From: a virus
Taxonomy: Duplodnaviria > Caudoviricetes
Virus record (IMG/VR): IMGVR_UViG_3300044723_007383
Span: 1-29,908 of that record
Length of the DNA stretch: 29,908 bases
Strand: one strand, 5' to 3'
Shown: one piece after another, positions 18,560 through 26,314 of the stretch
Layout of the letters: each line of letters begins with the position of its first letter
Position numbering within the stretch: position 1 is the first letter of the stretch
Notes under the pieces: model-generated
The model's database searches: none
What the model was told of the DNA's origin: nothing
The model's input: only the letters and a program-made list of their open reading frames with translations
Program-made: the position numbers and the translations under genes

Positions 18560-20269
18560 ATGTCAGAGTATCGTGACAGATGGCTTGGCAATCAGCCAAT
18601 ATTTTTGCTCAGTGTGACATGGGGAGGCTTTGTTTATCGCTTTGCCACCAAACCAGTTGCATTGACAACATCAAGCACTGTCCTCAACTTTGATGGTCAC
18701 CTCAATGATCCAGAATACACGCAAAAAAGCAGAGTGCTTGGTGCAGATTATGAGAGTCTCTCTGTGCCATTTGCATTGTTTTTTGATGGCATCAATATTG
18801 CAGATGAATACAAAAAGGGCAATGTGCTTGATGGTGCAACATGTGAGTTGGCTTATGTGTTAGATGGTGAGACAGATTATGATGAGAGAGTCATCTTGGC
18901 AACTGGCAAAGTGTCTCAGCCTATTTTTGGATATCCAGAGAGAGCAAAATCATATGTGGAGTTTGCTCTTGAGTCAGACTCCTTTGTCATCACTCGGACT
19001 CTGATTGATGGAGTCAACAAAACTCATATCATTGATGAGGGTTTGCTTGGTTTTACTGAGGCAGGTTTTGCATCATTGGACAAACGCAACTTTGGCAAAA
19101 CAATACCCATTGTATTTGGCAGGCTCAAAACAGTTGACAGTGTTGATGTGCACCCAGTGCCATTGTACTACATTGGTCTTGACTCTGATTTGAGTGATTA
19201 TAATTTTACTCTGGCATGTCATAAAGTGATGAGCACATCTGTTGAGTGCAAAGATGGCAACACAGAGATTGACACAGGTGATGTGCTTGATGCTGAAAAC
19301 TTGTACAGTGATTTTTTGAAGAGTGGTTTTTTGCAAAAGATAAATGAGAGGTCAACATCATATATTGCTGTTGATAGCACCTACGTTGGTGGAAATATTA
19401 CAGACCCGTTGACAGATGACCAACTTGAGTATTGGGGCCAATGTGAGAAAGGCCTCAAGTCGCCTTTTGGTGATGATGTGCTTGAGGGTGGTGGAGATGT
19501 TTGCATGTGGGCTTTGACATCAAGCAATGCAAACATTGACTATGCAGCATGGTACAACTTGAGGCAATATCTCAATCAGTACAAATTTGCAGGTGTTATC
19601 AATGATGAGACCATCACTGGTCTTGCTTGGTTACAAGAGCACATATTGCCATATCTGCCAGTTGAGATCATATTGTCAAAAGATGGTCTTGCACCAAGGC
19701 TCAATATGATGGCCTTGGGTGTTGATGTGCCTGTTGCTGATGTGATTGAGGCAGGTGCTGTCTTTTATAGGCTAGGGCCTTTGACTCCAATGTCAGAGCA
19801 AAGTGATATCATCAATGAGGTGACAGTGCGTTTTGCATGGGATGGTGCAAGGCAATCATATATCTCAAAGGCAGTGGTGCAAGCAAATATACCTGAGTAC
19901 TCATCTAGTTTTGGCTTTTTAGGCACTCCAATTGCAATCACAGCATCACAGTATGCAGTTGTATCACAGCAAGTATATGGTGCAAAGACAGCAACATTTG
20001 ATTTGGCATATGTATATGATAGAGTGACAGCATTTAAAATTGCACTTGATATGATACGTTTTAAATCAATGCCAACATATGTGGCACAATATGCAGCATC
20101 TCCAGAATATGGGTTTTTGCAGTTGGGTGATGTGATTGAGTTGACAGATCTTGATATCTCTATTGACCAGCAAAAGGCTCAAGTGATTGCAAAGAGATGG
20201 AATGTGACTCATTGGGTATTTGATTTGAAAATAGAACATAACCACATAGCAAATGTCAAACAGTTGTAA
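18560..20269 (+). CDS. Tail tip/hub protein
   Basis: GAGGTG RBS; GKTIPIVFG and C-terminal LQLGDVIEL motifs typical of tail hub proteins. Confidence 0.65.
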   Translation: MSEYRDRWLGNQPIFLLSVTWGGFVYRFATKPVALTTSSTVLNFDGHLNDPEYTQKSRVLGADYESLSVPFALFFDGINIADEYKKGNVLDGATCELAYVLDGETDYDERVILATGKVSQPIFGYPERAKSYVEFALESDSFVITRTLIDGVNKTHIIDEGLLGFTEAGFASLDKRNFGKTIPIVFGRLKTVDSVDVHPVPLYYIGLDSDLSDYNFTLACHKVMSTSVECKDGNTEIDTGDVLDAENLYSDFLKSGFLQKINERSTSYIAVDSTYVGGNITDPLTDDQLEYWGQCEKGLKSPFGDDVLEGGGDVCMWALTSSNANIDYAAWYNLRQYLNQYKFAGVINDETITGLAWLQEHILPYLPVEIILSKDGLAPRLNMMALGVDVPVADVIEAGAVFYRLGPLTPMSEQSDIINEVTVRFAWDGARQSYISKAVVQANIPEYSSSFGFLGTPIAITASQYAVVSQQVYGAKTATFDLAYVYDRVTAFKIALDMIRFKSMPTYVAQYAASPEYGFLQLGDVIELTDLDISIDQQKAQVIAKRWNVTHWVFDLKIEHNHIANVKQL

Positions 20270-20297
20270 TGTGTTACAATGTGCACAAGAGGTGAGT

Positions 20298-20867
20298 ATG
20301 CTGCCAAATATTTTGCAGAGAGTCAAAGAGCTTGGTCATCAAGTCTTTGAGGGTGACAATTTTGATCTCAACATCATTGGTGAGAGATGCCAGTTGGATA
20401 CCAATGCATTTGATGATGTTTTGCATGTTGTTTACAAGGTCAGTGGACTTTGGCAACATGAGCAATTCAAATGCACAACTGATCCAGGGTTTTACTATCT
20501 GCAAAATCCCTCGAGGGTCAAAGGCACAGCAATACTCATGCCTGGTCAATACAAGTCATCTCATACAATAGGACTCCACAAAGGGAAATACACAGCACTT
20601 GTGCAGAGAGCACCAGTCAAAGTGTATAGAGACCCAACAAGAGACAACAGGCATGATATTGATGCAAGTGTTGTTGAGGAGGGTCTATTTGGCATCAATA
20701 TACACAAGGCAGGTACAGACAGCACAAGAGTTGATAAATGGTCTGCTGGCTGCACTGTGATTGCAAATGCAGCTCATTATGAGAGATTTATCAATCTATG
20801 TGATGCACAAGTTGCTGTCAATGGCTGGCGAGAGTTCACATATACTCTCATTGTGAGAGACCAATGA
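20298..20867 (+). CDS. Putative endolysin with L,D-transpeptidase-like His...SAGC motif
   Basis: GAGGTG RBS then ATG 20298; FGINIH-x12-SAGC; sits after tail genes and before a membrane protein. Confidence 0.6.
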   Translation: MLPNILQRVKELGHQVFEGDNFDLNIIGERCQLDTNAFDDVLHVVYKVSGLWQHEQFKCTTDPGFYYLQNPSRVKGTAILMPGQYKSSHTIGLHKGKYTALVQRAPVKVYRDPTRDNRHDIDASVVEEGLFGINIHKAGTDSTRVDKWSAGCTVIANAAHYERFINLCDAQVAVNGWREFTYTLIVRDQ

Positions 20868-21331
20868 TGGAGATGATAACAGATATTTTGCTCAATGCTG
20901 GCCCAATTGGTGCATTGGCATTGTATATGATGTACTTGAACAACAAGCAGGAAAACAAGCATGATGCACAGCAAATGCAGTATCTCAACAAGATTGAGAT
21001 GATGAGAGGCAATGATGAGGCTGCAAGAGAATCAATGCAAAACAAGTATGAGTCAAGAGAAGATGCATTGAGAGACAAATATGATGCAGTCATTGCCAAG
21101 ATAGACACAGAGAGACGTGACCAAGAAAAAGAGATAGCCAATGCACTCAACAGAGCAGTTGAGAAGATTGACCAAATGAGCACCAGGGTTGACACACTCA
21201 ATCAGAGATTTGATGATATCAACACAAAAATAATGAGCACCAATCAAAGGCTGACACAACTTGAGACACAGGTTGGCAGATTAGATGGTGCTCTTGATGG
21301 AATCAAAGCGGGTTTATCTAGTCGTCAATAA
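20864..21331 (+). CDS. Single-pass membrane coiled-coil protein (holin- or inner-spanin-like)
   Basis: N-terminal hydrophobic ILLNAGPIGALALYMMYL followed by a long heptad coiled coil; ATGA overlap with the lysin. Confidence 0.55.
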   Translation: MMEMITDILLNAGPIGALALYMMYLNNKQENKHDAQQMQYLNKIEMMRGNDEAARESMQNKYESREDALRDKYDAVIAKIDTERRDQEKEIANALNRAVEKIDQMSTRVDTLNQRFDDINTKIMSTNQRLTQLETQVGRLDGALDGIKAGLSSRQ

Positions 21332-21434
21332 TTACCAAGAAAAAAGACAACATAAAGAGCAACAGCAGGAAAGCAGCAAAGATGTGACTGTTGCCAACGT
21401 CGTGCATAATATTTGCAAATTCAAGAAAAGTCAT
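21318..21434 (-). CDS. 38-aa membrane peptide (not in ORF track) MTFLEFANIMHDVGNSHIFAAFLLLLFMLSFFLVIIDD
   Basis: AGGAG RBS 5 nt before ATG, 19-residue hydrophobic stretch, own TTGACA-17-TATTAT promoter. Confidence 0.75.
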   Translation of the reverse strand: MTFLEFANIMHDVGNSHIFAAFLLLLFMLSFFLVIIDD

Positions 21435-21452
21435 AATATCTCCTATTTTTAT

Positions 21453-21481
21453 TTGACTATTTATAAGTATCTATATATTAT
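21453..21481 (+). promoter_or_regulatory. Sigma70-type promoter for the early/replication operon
   Basis: TTGACT (21453-58), 17 bp, TATTAT (21476-81). Confidence 0.7.
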
Positions 21482-21493
21482 AGACATATGTAA

Positions 21494-21522
21494 ATAATAA
21501 TAAATATTTATTTGCATGTCAA
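21494..21522 (-). promoter_or_regulatory. Sigma70-type promoter for the membrane peptide
   Basis: Minus-strand TTGACA (21522-17), 17 bp, TATTAT (21499-94). Confidence 0.75.
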
Positions 21523-21552
21523 TACTTTAATATCAAAAAAAGGAGAAAAGAT

Positions 21553-21831
21553 ATGATTGTTAGATACAAATGTTTTTATATGTGGTTCACAATGACATTC
21601 AAAGATGTGTCAAAAGTTGAGATTGCCAAAAGCATTGGAGTCTCAAAGCAGTTGGTGTCTCATTGGAGTACAGGCAGACAAAAACCATCTTTGGACTCTC
21701 TGCACAAATTGTGCTTTGAGTCTGGCATATTCAAAAATGATGAAGATGCACAACATGCTTTTGACAATGCCATCAAAGCAATGATCAATGATATCAAGTT
21801 AGCAAAATTCCAACTCACAGGAGACATCTAA
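21553..21831 (+). CDS. XRE/Cro-like HTH regulator
   Basis: VSKVEIAKSIGVSKQLVSHWSTGRQKPSLDSL; AGGAG RBS; first gene after the promoter. Confidence 0.85.
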   Translation: MIVRYKCFYMWFTMTFKDVSKVEIAKSIGVSKQLVSHWSTGRQKPSLDSLHKLCFESGIFKNDEDAQHAFDNAIKAMINDIKLAKFQLTGDI

Positions 21832-22244
21832 TGCTCAAGATTATAATTGATGGCAATCCTGTTGCCATGCCTCGGCCTCGGTTCACTCGTAATGGTCGTA
21901 CATATTACCCTACAGAAGTTAAGACACAGAGAGAGAATATCATTGCAGCTATACAAAAGTGTATGGCTGCACAATCTTGGCAGACAATTGCAAAGAGATT
22001 GCCAGTGAGTGTCACAATGCAATTTGTGCATCCAAGAATCAAACGCAACAAGAGTGAGCAAAGAGAGTATAAGACAACTAGGCCAGATGTGGATAACATC
22101 TCAAAGATGTATCTCGATTGTTGTACAAAGGCAGAGGTTTGGCATGATGACTCTCAGGTTGTTGTTTTGACTGCCTCTGATCATTATGCTGGTGTTTATG
22201 AAGAGGCACACGTCACTATCATCATAAAGGAGTTAGAGCAATGA
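21831..22244 (+). CDS. rusA: RusA-family Holliday junction resolvase
   Basis: G.PV..PRPR, RPDVDNISK..LD and WHDDSQV catalytic motifs. Confidence 0.92.
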   Translation: MLKIIIDGNPVAMPRPRFTRNGRTYYPTEVKTQRENIIAAIQKCMAAQSWQTIAKRLPVSVTMQFVHPRIKRNKSEQREYKTTRPDVDNISKMYLDCCTKAEVWHDDSQVVVLTASDHYAGVYEEAHVTIIIKELEQ

Positions 22245-22492
22245 AAAAAGATACAGAGTTGAGATGGCAGATTGTGATGAAAACAAGAGGCATCAATTTG
22301 ACCAAACTGGCAAAAACAGCAGGCTTGCACGCAAGTCAAATATCAAACTGGCAAAATGGACATGCAACACCAAATGCAGTCAATGTCATCAAGTTGTGCA
22401 AAGCAATCTCAAAATTGACCAACAGAAATTATGAAAAGACATTGATATCTTTGATGTATGCTATTGAGTTAGATGCAAAGGTTGATGTATGA
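22241..22492 (+). CDS. XRE/Cro-like HTH regulator
   Basis: RGINLTKLAKTAGLHASQISNWQNGHATP. Confidence 0.85.
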   Translation: MKKDTELRWQIVMKTRGINLTKLAKTAGLHASQISNWQNGHATPNAVNVIKLCKAISKLTNRNYEKTLISLMYAIELDAKVDV

Positions 22493-23052
22493 ATATGAAG
22501 AGATCCAGAGAGCAATTTGCTGCATCATATCTTGAGGATTTTGCATATAAATCAAACATGAAACATACAACAGCAATGGTGTATGATGCCATCTTGTATC
22601 ACTGCAAAATCATCAGTCAATCAGATGAGTACAGAGCAAGACAGACCAAATATGTCAGTCAAGAGAAGATTGCCAAGATGATTGGCAAATCGCAAAGAAC
22701 AGTAAGCAAGGCCATAAATGCACTCAAGCAGATTGAGTCTGGTATGAGTCACAAGCAAAATGCAATTCCATTGTTGCAAGTGAAAAAAAACCAGACTGGC
22801 AATGCTACATACACAATAGTAACGAGCCTCAAAAATGTGCCAAATACTTCTTGTACGGAGTCAAAAAATGACGTGTTCCAACAAGACGCTTTTGTACTTC
22901 CTACAAGAACACATGATGACGTGTACCAACACGCAAACATGAGTGCAAGTATATATAAACAAAATAATAAACAAAATAACAAAACTATAACAAAAGAGAA
23001 AAAGAATAAATTTCAATTTCTTTTAGATGATGAAACAACACCTGATTTTTAA
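22489..23052 (+). CDS. Putative replication initiator (winged HTH)
   Basis: VSQEKIAKMIGKSQRTVSKAINALK followed by a low-complexity linker with DNA repeats; acidic C-terminus DDETTPDF. Confidence 0.65.
   Translation: MNMKRSREQFAASYLEDFAYKSNMKHTTAMVYDAILYHCKIISQSDEYRARQTKYVSQEKIAKMIGKSQRTVSKAINALKQIESGMSHKQNAIPLLQVKKNQTGNATYTIVTSLKNVPNTSCTESKNDVFQQDAFVLPTRTHDDVYQHANMSASIYKQNNKQNNKTITKEKKNKFQFLLDDETTPDF
22868..22931 (+). repeat. Iteron-like direct repeat ATGACGTGT(T/A)CCAACA x2
   Basis: Copies at 22868-22883 and 22916-22931 (15/16 identical, 48 bp apart), followed by A-rich AAACAAAATAA repeats. Confidence 0.7.
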
Positions 23053-23063
23053 GGAGAATCAAT

Positions 23064-24011
23064 ATGTATTCAAAGACACAAAGAAACAACACAGATATCA
23101 GACCCAAAACAAGAAATGAGGCAATTGTTGAGATTGTTGGTATGTTTGCAGTAAACTGGCCAAGATATGACAATGACAGTTGGCCACAGCAGATGTGCAA
23201 ACTATTGAGAGCCTCATTCAAGACAACGCATCCAAACACCATCATCAAAGCAGGCTGGCATGTATTGCAAAAGATGACTGATGATTACCCACCAAGCATG
23301 GGCAAGATAGTCAAATGTATGGAGTCATTCATTGGTTCAGGTGCAGCCAAATCACCAAAAGCAGAGCAGTGTGACAAATGCAATGCTGGCTTTGTGCTGG
23401 TATCATTCTGGACAATACAAAACAATGTATCATATCAGCAATCTGCACAATGTGCTTGTGATTGTGATTATGGCAAAAAGAGACAGTCATTGTCTGTGCC
23501 TTTTAGAGACTTTATATCATTAAATGTCAATCATCCAAACAGATACATTGGCCATAGATTTGAGACTTGGCAAAAAGATCTTGGTTTATGGGTGCAGGGT
23601 GAGACATACCAGATTGATGAGATACCAACATATGATGAGGAGACAGTGAGAAACAACAGCCAAGATTTGCCTCCATTGAGTTACAATGAGATAGGACTTG
23701 ATGAGACCATCAAGCAGAGGAGACAGCAGCTGCACATTGGTGAGAGCAGAGAGCAAAGAGCAGAGAGATTGTCAAATATTGGTGTTGAGATGCAAAAAGC
23801 AATCAAGCAGTTGGCAAACAAGATGTCAATACCTGTGCCAAATGATTTTGAGCAACTTGAGCATCAAGATGATGATGACTCCATCTCTGATGATAGCACT
23901 GAGGATATGGCAAAGACATATATTGACCATCAACCTGCTGAGACTTATGATATACAAGAGGAGACCAAGCAAACATTTGATGATGAGTTTGAGTGGAGTT
24001 GGAACACATAA
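23064..24011 (+). CDS. Replication-associated protein with Cys cluster (helicase loader-like by position)
   Basis: AAGGAG RBS; CDKCNAG...CACDC; acidic tail; follows the initiator. Confidence 0.45.
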   Translation: MYSKTQRNNTDIRPKTRNEAIVEIVGMFAVNWPRYDNDSWPQQMCKLLRASFKTTHPNTIIKAGWHVLQKMTDDYPPSMGKIVKCMESFIGSGAAKSPKAEQCDKCNAGFVLVSFWTIQNNVSYQQSAQCACDCDYGKKRQSLSVPFRDFISLNVNHPNRYIGHRFETWQKDLGLWVQGETYQIDEIPTYDEETVRNNSQDLPPLSYNEIGLDETIKQRRQQLHIGESREQRAERLSNIGVEMQKAIKQLANKMSIPVPNDFEQLEHQDDDDSISDDSTEDMAKTYIDHQPAETYDIQEETKQTFDDEFEWSWNT

Positions 24012-24022
24012 AGAGGCAGCAT

Positions 24023-24577
24023 ATGAAACTTGCATATATAGACACAGAGACAACAGGCCTCAGAGCAGGTTGGCATGAGATGATTGAGTTGGCCATCATT
24101 ATTGAGAGTGATGGTCAAATCATTGAGCAATATCATTGGAGGCTCAGACCTCAGAATCTTGAGAGAGCAGATGAGATTGCACTCAAGATCAATGGCTACT
24201 CTCATGCCAAATGGAGAGATGCAGTTGATTTTGTTACAATTGCCCATCAAGTCAAAGACATATTGAGTGGCTGCATTGTGATTGGTCACAATCCAATTTT
24301 TGATATTGAGTTTTTAAATGAATCATTTTTTGTTGCTGGTGTTCCTGGCATCAAACCCAAAATGATTGATACAAGAGTATTGATGTTTGAGCACCTGCAA
24401 TGGCTCAAAAGTACTTCAATGGATACAGCCAGAAAGTTTTTTGGCTGGCCAACAGATCAAGCACATACAGCAATGTTTGATGCACAGCAATGCAGGCAGT
24501 TATATCACAAATTATGCAGATGCACAGCAATACAAAGATTTTGGTGGTATTGTATGTACATACTGAGGCATAGTTAA
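24023..24577 (+). CDS. DEDDh 3'-5' exonuclease (DnaQ-like)
   Basis: ExoI IDTETTG, ExoII GHNPIFD, ExoIII HTAMFD; start moved to ATG 24023 (GAGG RBS). Confidence 0.92.
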   Translation: MKLAYIDTETTGLRAGWHEMIELAIIIESDGQIIEQYHWRLRPQNLERADEIALKINGYSHAKWRDAVDFVTIAHQVKDILSGCIVIGHNPIFDIEFLNESFFVAGVPGIKPKMIDTRVLMFEHLQWLKSTSMDTARKFFGWPTDQAHTAMFDAQQCRQLYHKLCRCTAIQRFWWYCMYILRHS

Positions 24578-24921
24578 TGAATATATACGAGATAGCATTG
24601 AGATACAGTGAGGGTGATGGTCTTGCAGATTTATACAAAAAGACGTTTCCCACAAGATCACATGAGCCATCCAAAGACCAAAGAGCACTTTGGAATCAAG
24701 CAAAAAAAAACTATCTCCAATCAAACAACTGGCAGAGATTGAGACAGGCAAAGTTTGAGGAGGTGCAAGGCAAATGCCAAGCCCAGATGAAAGACTGCCA
24801 AATGTGGGCCAGTGAGATACATCACATATCATATTGGCATATTGGTGATGAGTGCTTGTGGGATCTCAGAGCTGTGTGCAGATCTTGTCATTCAAAGGTC
24901 AGCAAGTTTGGTGGCAAATAA
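24577..24921 (+). CDS. HNH endonuclease
   Basis: C...C, EIHHISY and LRAVCRSCH motifs. Confidence 0.8.
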   Translation: MNIYEIALRYSEGDGLADLYKKTFPTRSHEPSKDQRALWNQAKKNYLQSNNWQRLRQAKFEEVQGKCQAQMKDCQMWASEIHHISYWHIGDECLWDLRAVCRSCHSKVSKFGGK

Positions 24922-24922
24922 G

Positions 24923-25192
24923 ATGGCAAAGAGATACAGGCTCACACACTTTGCAAGATGGATCTCCAAAGAGATTGGAGATTTGGGTATAACCAAGCAG
25001 AGTTTTTGTGATGAGGCAGGCATTGCAATGGGTATGCTCTTCAGATACTATACAGGTCAGCAAATACCCAAAATGACAACATACATCAAGATATGCATTG
25101 CACTGGCCAAATACAATCAAACAGATCCAGAGAGATATGTTATTGCAGGCATTGACAAAATTATCATTGACATGACAGATGATATCAAGTAG
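24923..25192 (+). CDS. XRE/Cro-like HTH regulator
   Basis: LGITKQSFCDEAGIAMGMLFRYYTGQQIPK; start moved to ATG 24923 directly after the HNH stop. Confidence 0.75.
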   Translation: MAKRYRLTHFARWISKEIGDLGITKQSFCDEAGIAMGMLFRYYTGQQIPKMTTYIKICIALAKYNQTDPERYVIAGIDKIIIDMTDDIK

Positions 25193-25249
25193 TTTATATC
25201 TACATATTCGTATGTTGTTTTTTTAGTCACAATTTCTCCTTTGGACTCT

Positions 25250-25281
25250 ATGACCATCTTTTTTTGATGGTCATTTTTTTT
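25250..25281 (+). terminator. Intrinsic terminator of the early operon
   Basis: ATGACCATC-T7-GATGGTCAT followed by a T run. Confidence 0.85.
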
Positions 25282-25302
25282 GTTTTTTTTATCTTTTTTT
25301 CT

Positions 25303-25331
25303 TTGCAAGTCTATAAATAATAGACTACAAT
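25303..25331 (+). promoter_or_regulatory. Sigma70-type promoter with palindromic operator in the spacer
   Basis: TTGCAA, 17 bp, TACAAT; AGTCTAT-N5-ATAGACT at 25308-25326. Confidence 0.7.
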
Positions 25332-25362
25332 ATATATACATTAACCAAATAGGAGAAAAACA

Positions 25363-25626
25363 ATGACTAAAAACACATACCAAATCAAAAATCACAAAGA
25401 ATATAAATCAGTAAAAAATAACATTAAAGAATATCAAGAATATAAAAGACACAATACAAGATATTTGCAAAGTCTTAAAGAAGATTTGAACAATCCTGAA
25501 TATGCCAATGTCAAAAGTATTATTGAAAAAGATATCAAATTTTATGAAATGCGTTTACAAGGTAATAGAGAATGGCTCACAAATGCCAATAACCTAGTTA
25601 AACAATACGAACTTAATAATCAATAA
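25363..25626 (+). CDS. Hypothetical helical protein, very AT-rich
   Basis: AGGAG RBS, first gene after the promoter. Confidence 0.8.
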   Translation: MTKNTYQIKNHKEYKSVKNNIKEYQEYKRHNTRYLQSLKEDLNNPEYANVKSIIEKDIKFYEMRLQGNREWLTNANNLVKQYELNNQ

Positions 25627-25635
25627 CCAACAATC

Positions 25636-25659
25636 AAAAAAGGGAGGGTAACACCTCCC
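25636..25659 (-). terminator. Hairpin with terminator polarity on the minus strand
   Basis: A6-GGGAGG-GTAACA-CCTCCC; reads stem then T6 on the minus strand. Confidence 0.5.
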
Positions 25660-25680
25660 ACTAACCAAAGGAGAAACAAC

Positions 25681-25989
25681 ATGACACTATGGCCAAATGA
25701 AGAATTACCAACAATAGGATTTAGAGGCAACAAACAAATTATACATAAAGAGGAGACTGACATGACAAACAATCAAACAGAAAGAACAAATCAAGAAAAA
25801 ATTGCATATCTGAAACAAAGAATCAAAGAACTTGAAATCGAATTAGATCAATTAAGATTACAAGCATACTCACCATCAATAATTAATGGTGACATTGCTA
25901 CACAAAACAAAGCACAATTTGAAATGATTGATATTTATGATTTACTTGACCATGCAAAAACAAGATTAATCAAACTTTTACAACAATAA
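25681..25989 (+). CDS. Hypothetical coiled-coil protein with two in-frame starts (25681, 25762)
   Basis: AAGGAG before 25681 and GAGGAG before 25762. Confidence 0.75.
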   Translation: MTLWPNEELPTIGFRGNKQIIHKEETDMTNNQTERTNQEKIAYLKQRIKELEIELDQLRLQAYSPSIINGDIATQNKAQFEMIDIYDLLDHAKTRLIKLLQQ

Positions 25990-26005
25990 ACAACAGGAGA
26001 CCGAC

Positions 26006-26314
26006 ATGACAAACTTTATATATGACTTTACAGACACAGGAATCACCATTCAAACAGATACATATTGTCACTACTTTGATTGTGCAAGAACAGCAGCAGA
26101 TGCAGCATATGCATTGATGCAAGGTGAGAATACTGATGATTGGGATAACAACCAACCAGAGCACAGAGTTGATGAGTGGTATGGTGACCAAGATGATTTG
26201 CTTGATATTGTGCAAAATTATGATGAGTGTAAAGATGATTGTGATGCACTCTTTGCCAGTGTATTCTTTGAGGAGTTGATGCTCAAACATCTCATCAATG
26301 GTAAGATACAATGA
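26006..26314 (+). CDS. Hypothetical highly acidic protein
   Basis: AGGAG RBS; Asp/Glu-rich; ATGA overlap with the methylase. Confidence 0.8.
   Translation: MTNFIYDFTDTGITIQTDTYCHYFDCARTAADAAYALMQGENTDDWDNNQPEHRVDEWYGDQDDLLDIVQNYDECKDDCDALFASVFFEELMLKHLINGKIQ

Noticed and set aside
21285-21497. Plus-strand 70-aa ORF as an outer spanin
   Set aside because: No signal peptide or lipobox; it is the shadow of the better-supported minus-strand peptide.
22088-22096. Single TGTGGATAA DnaA box inside rusA
   Set aside because: Isolated and coincides with the conserved DVDN catalytic codons.
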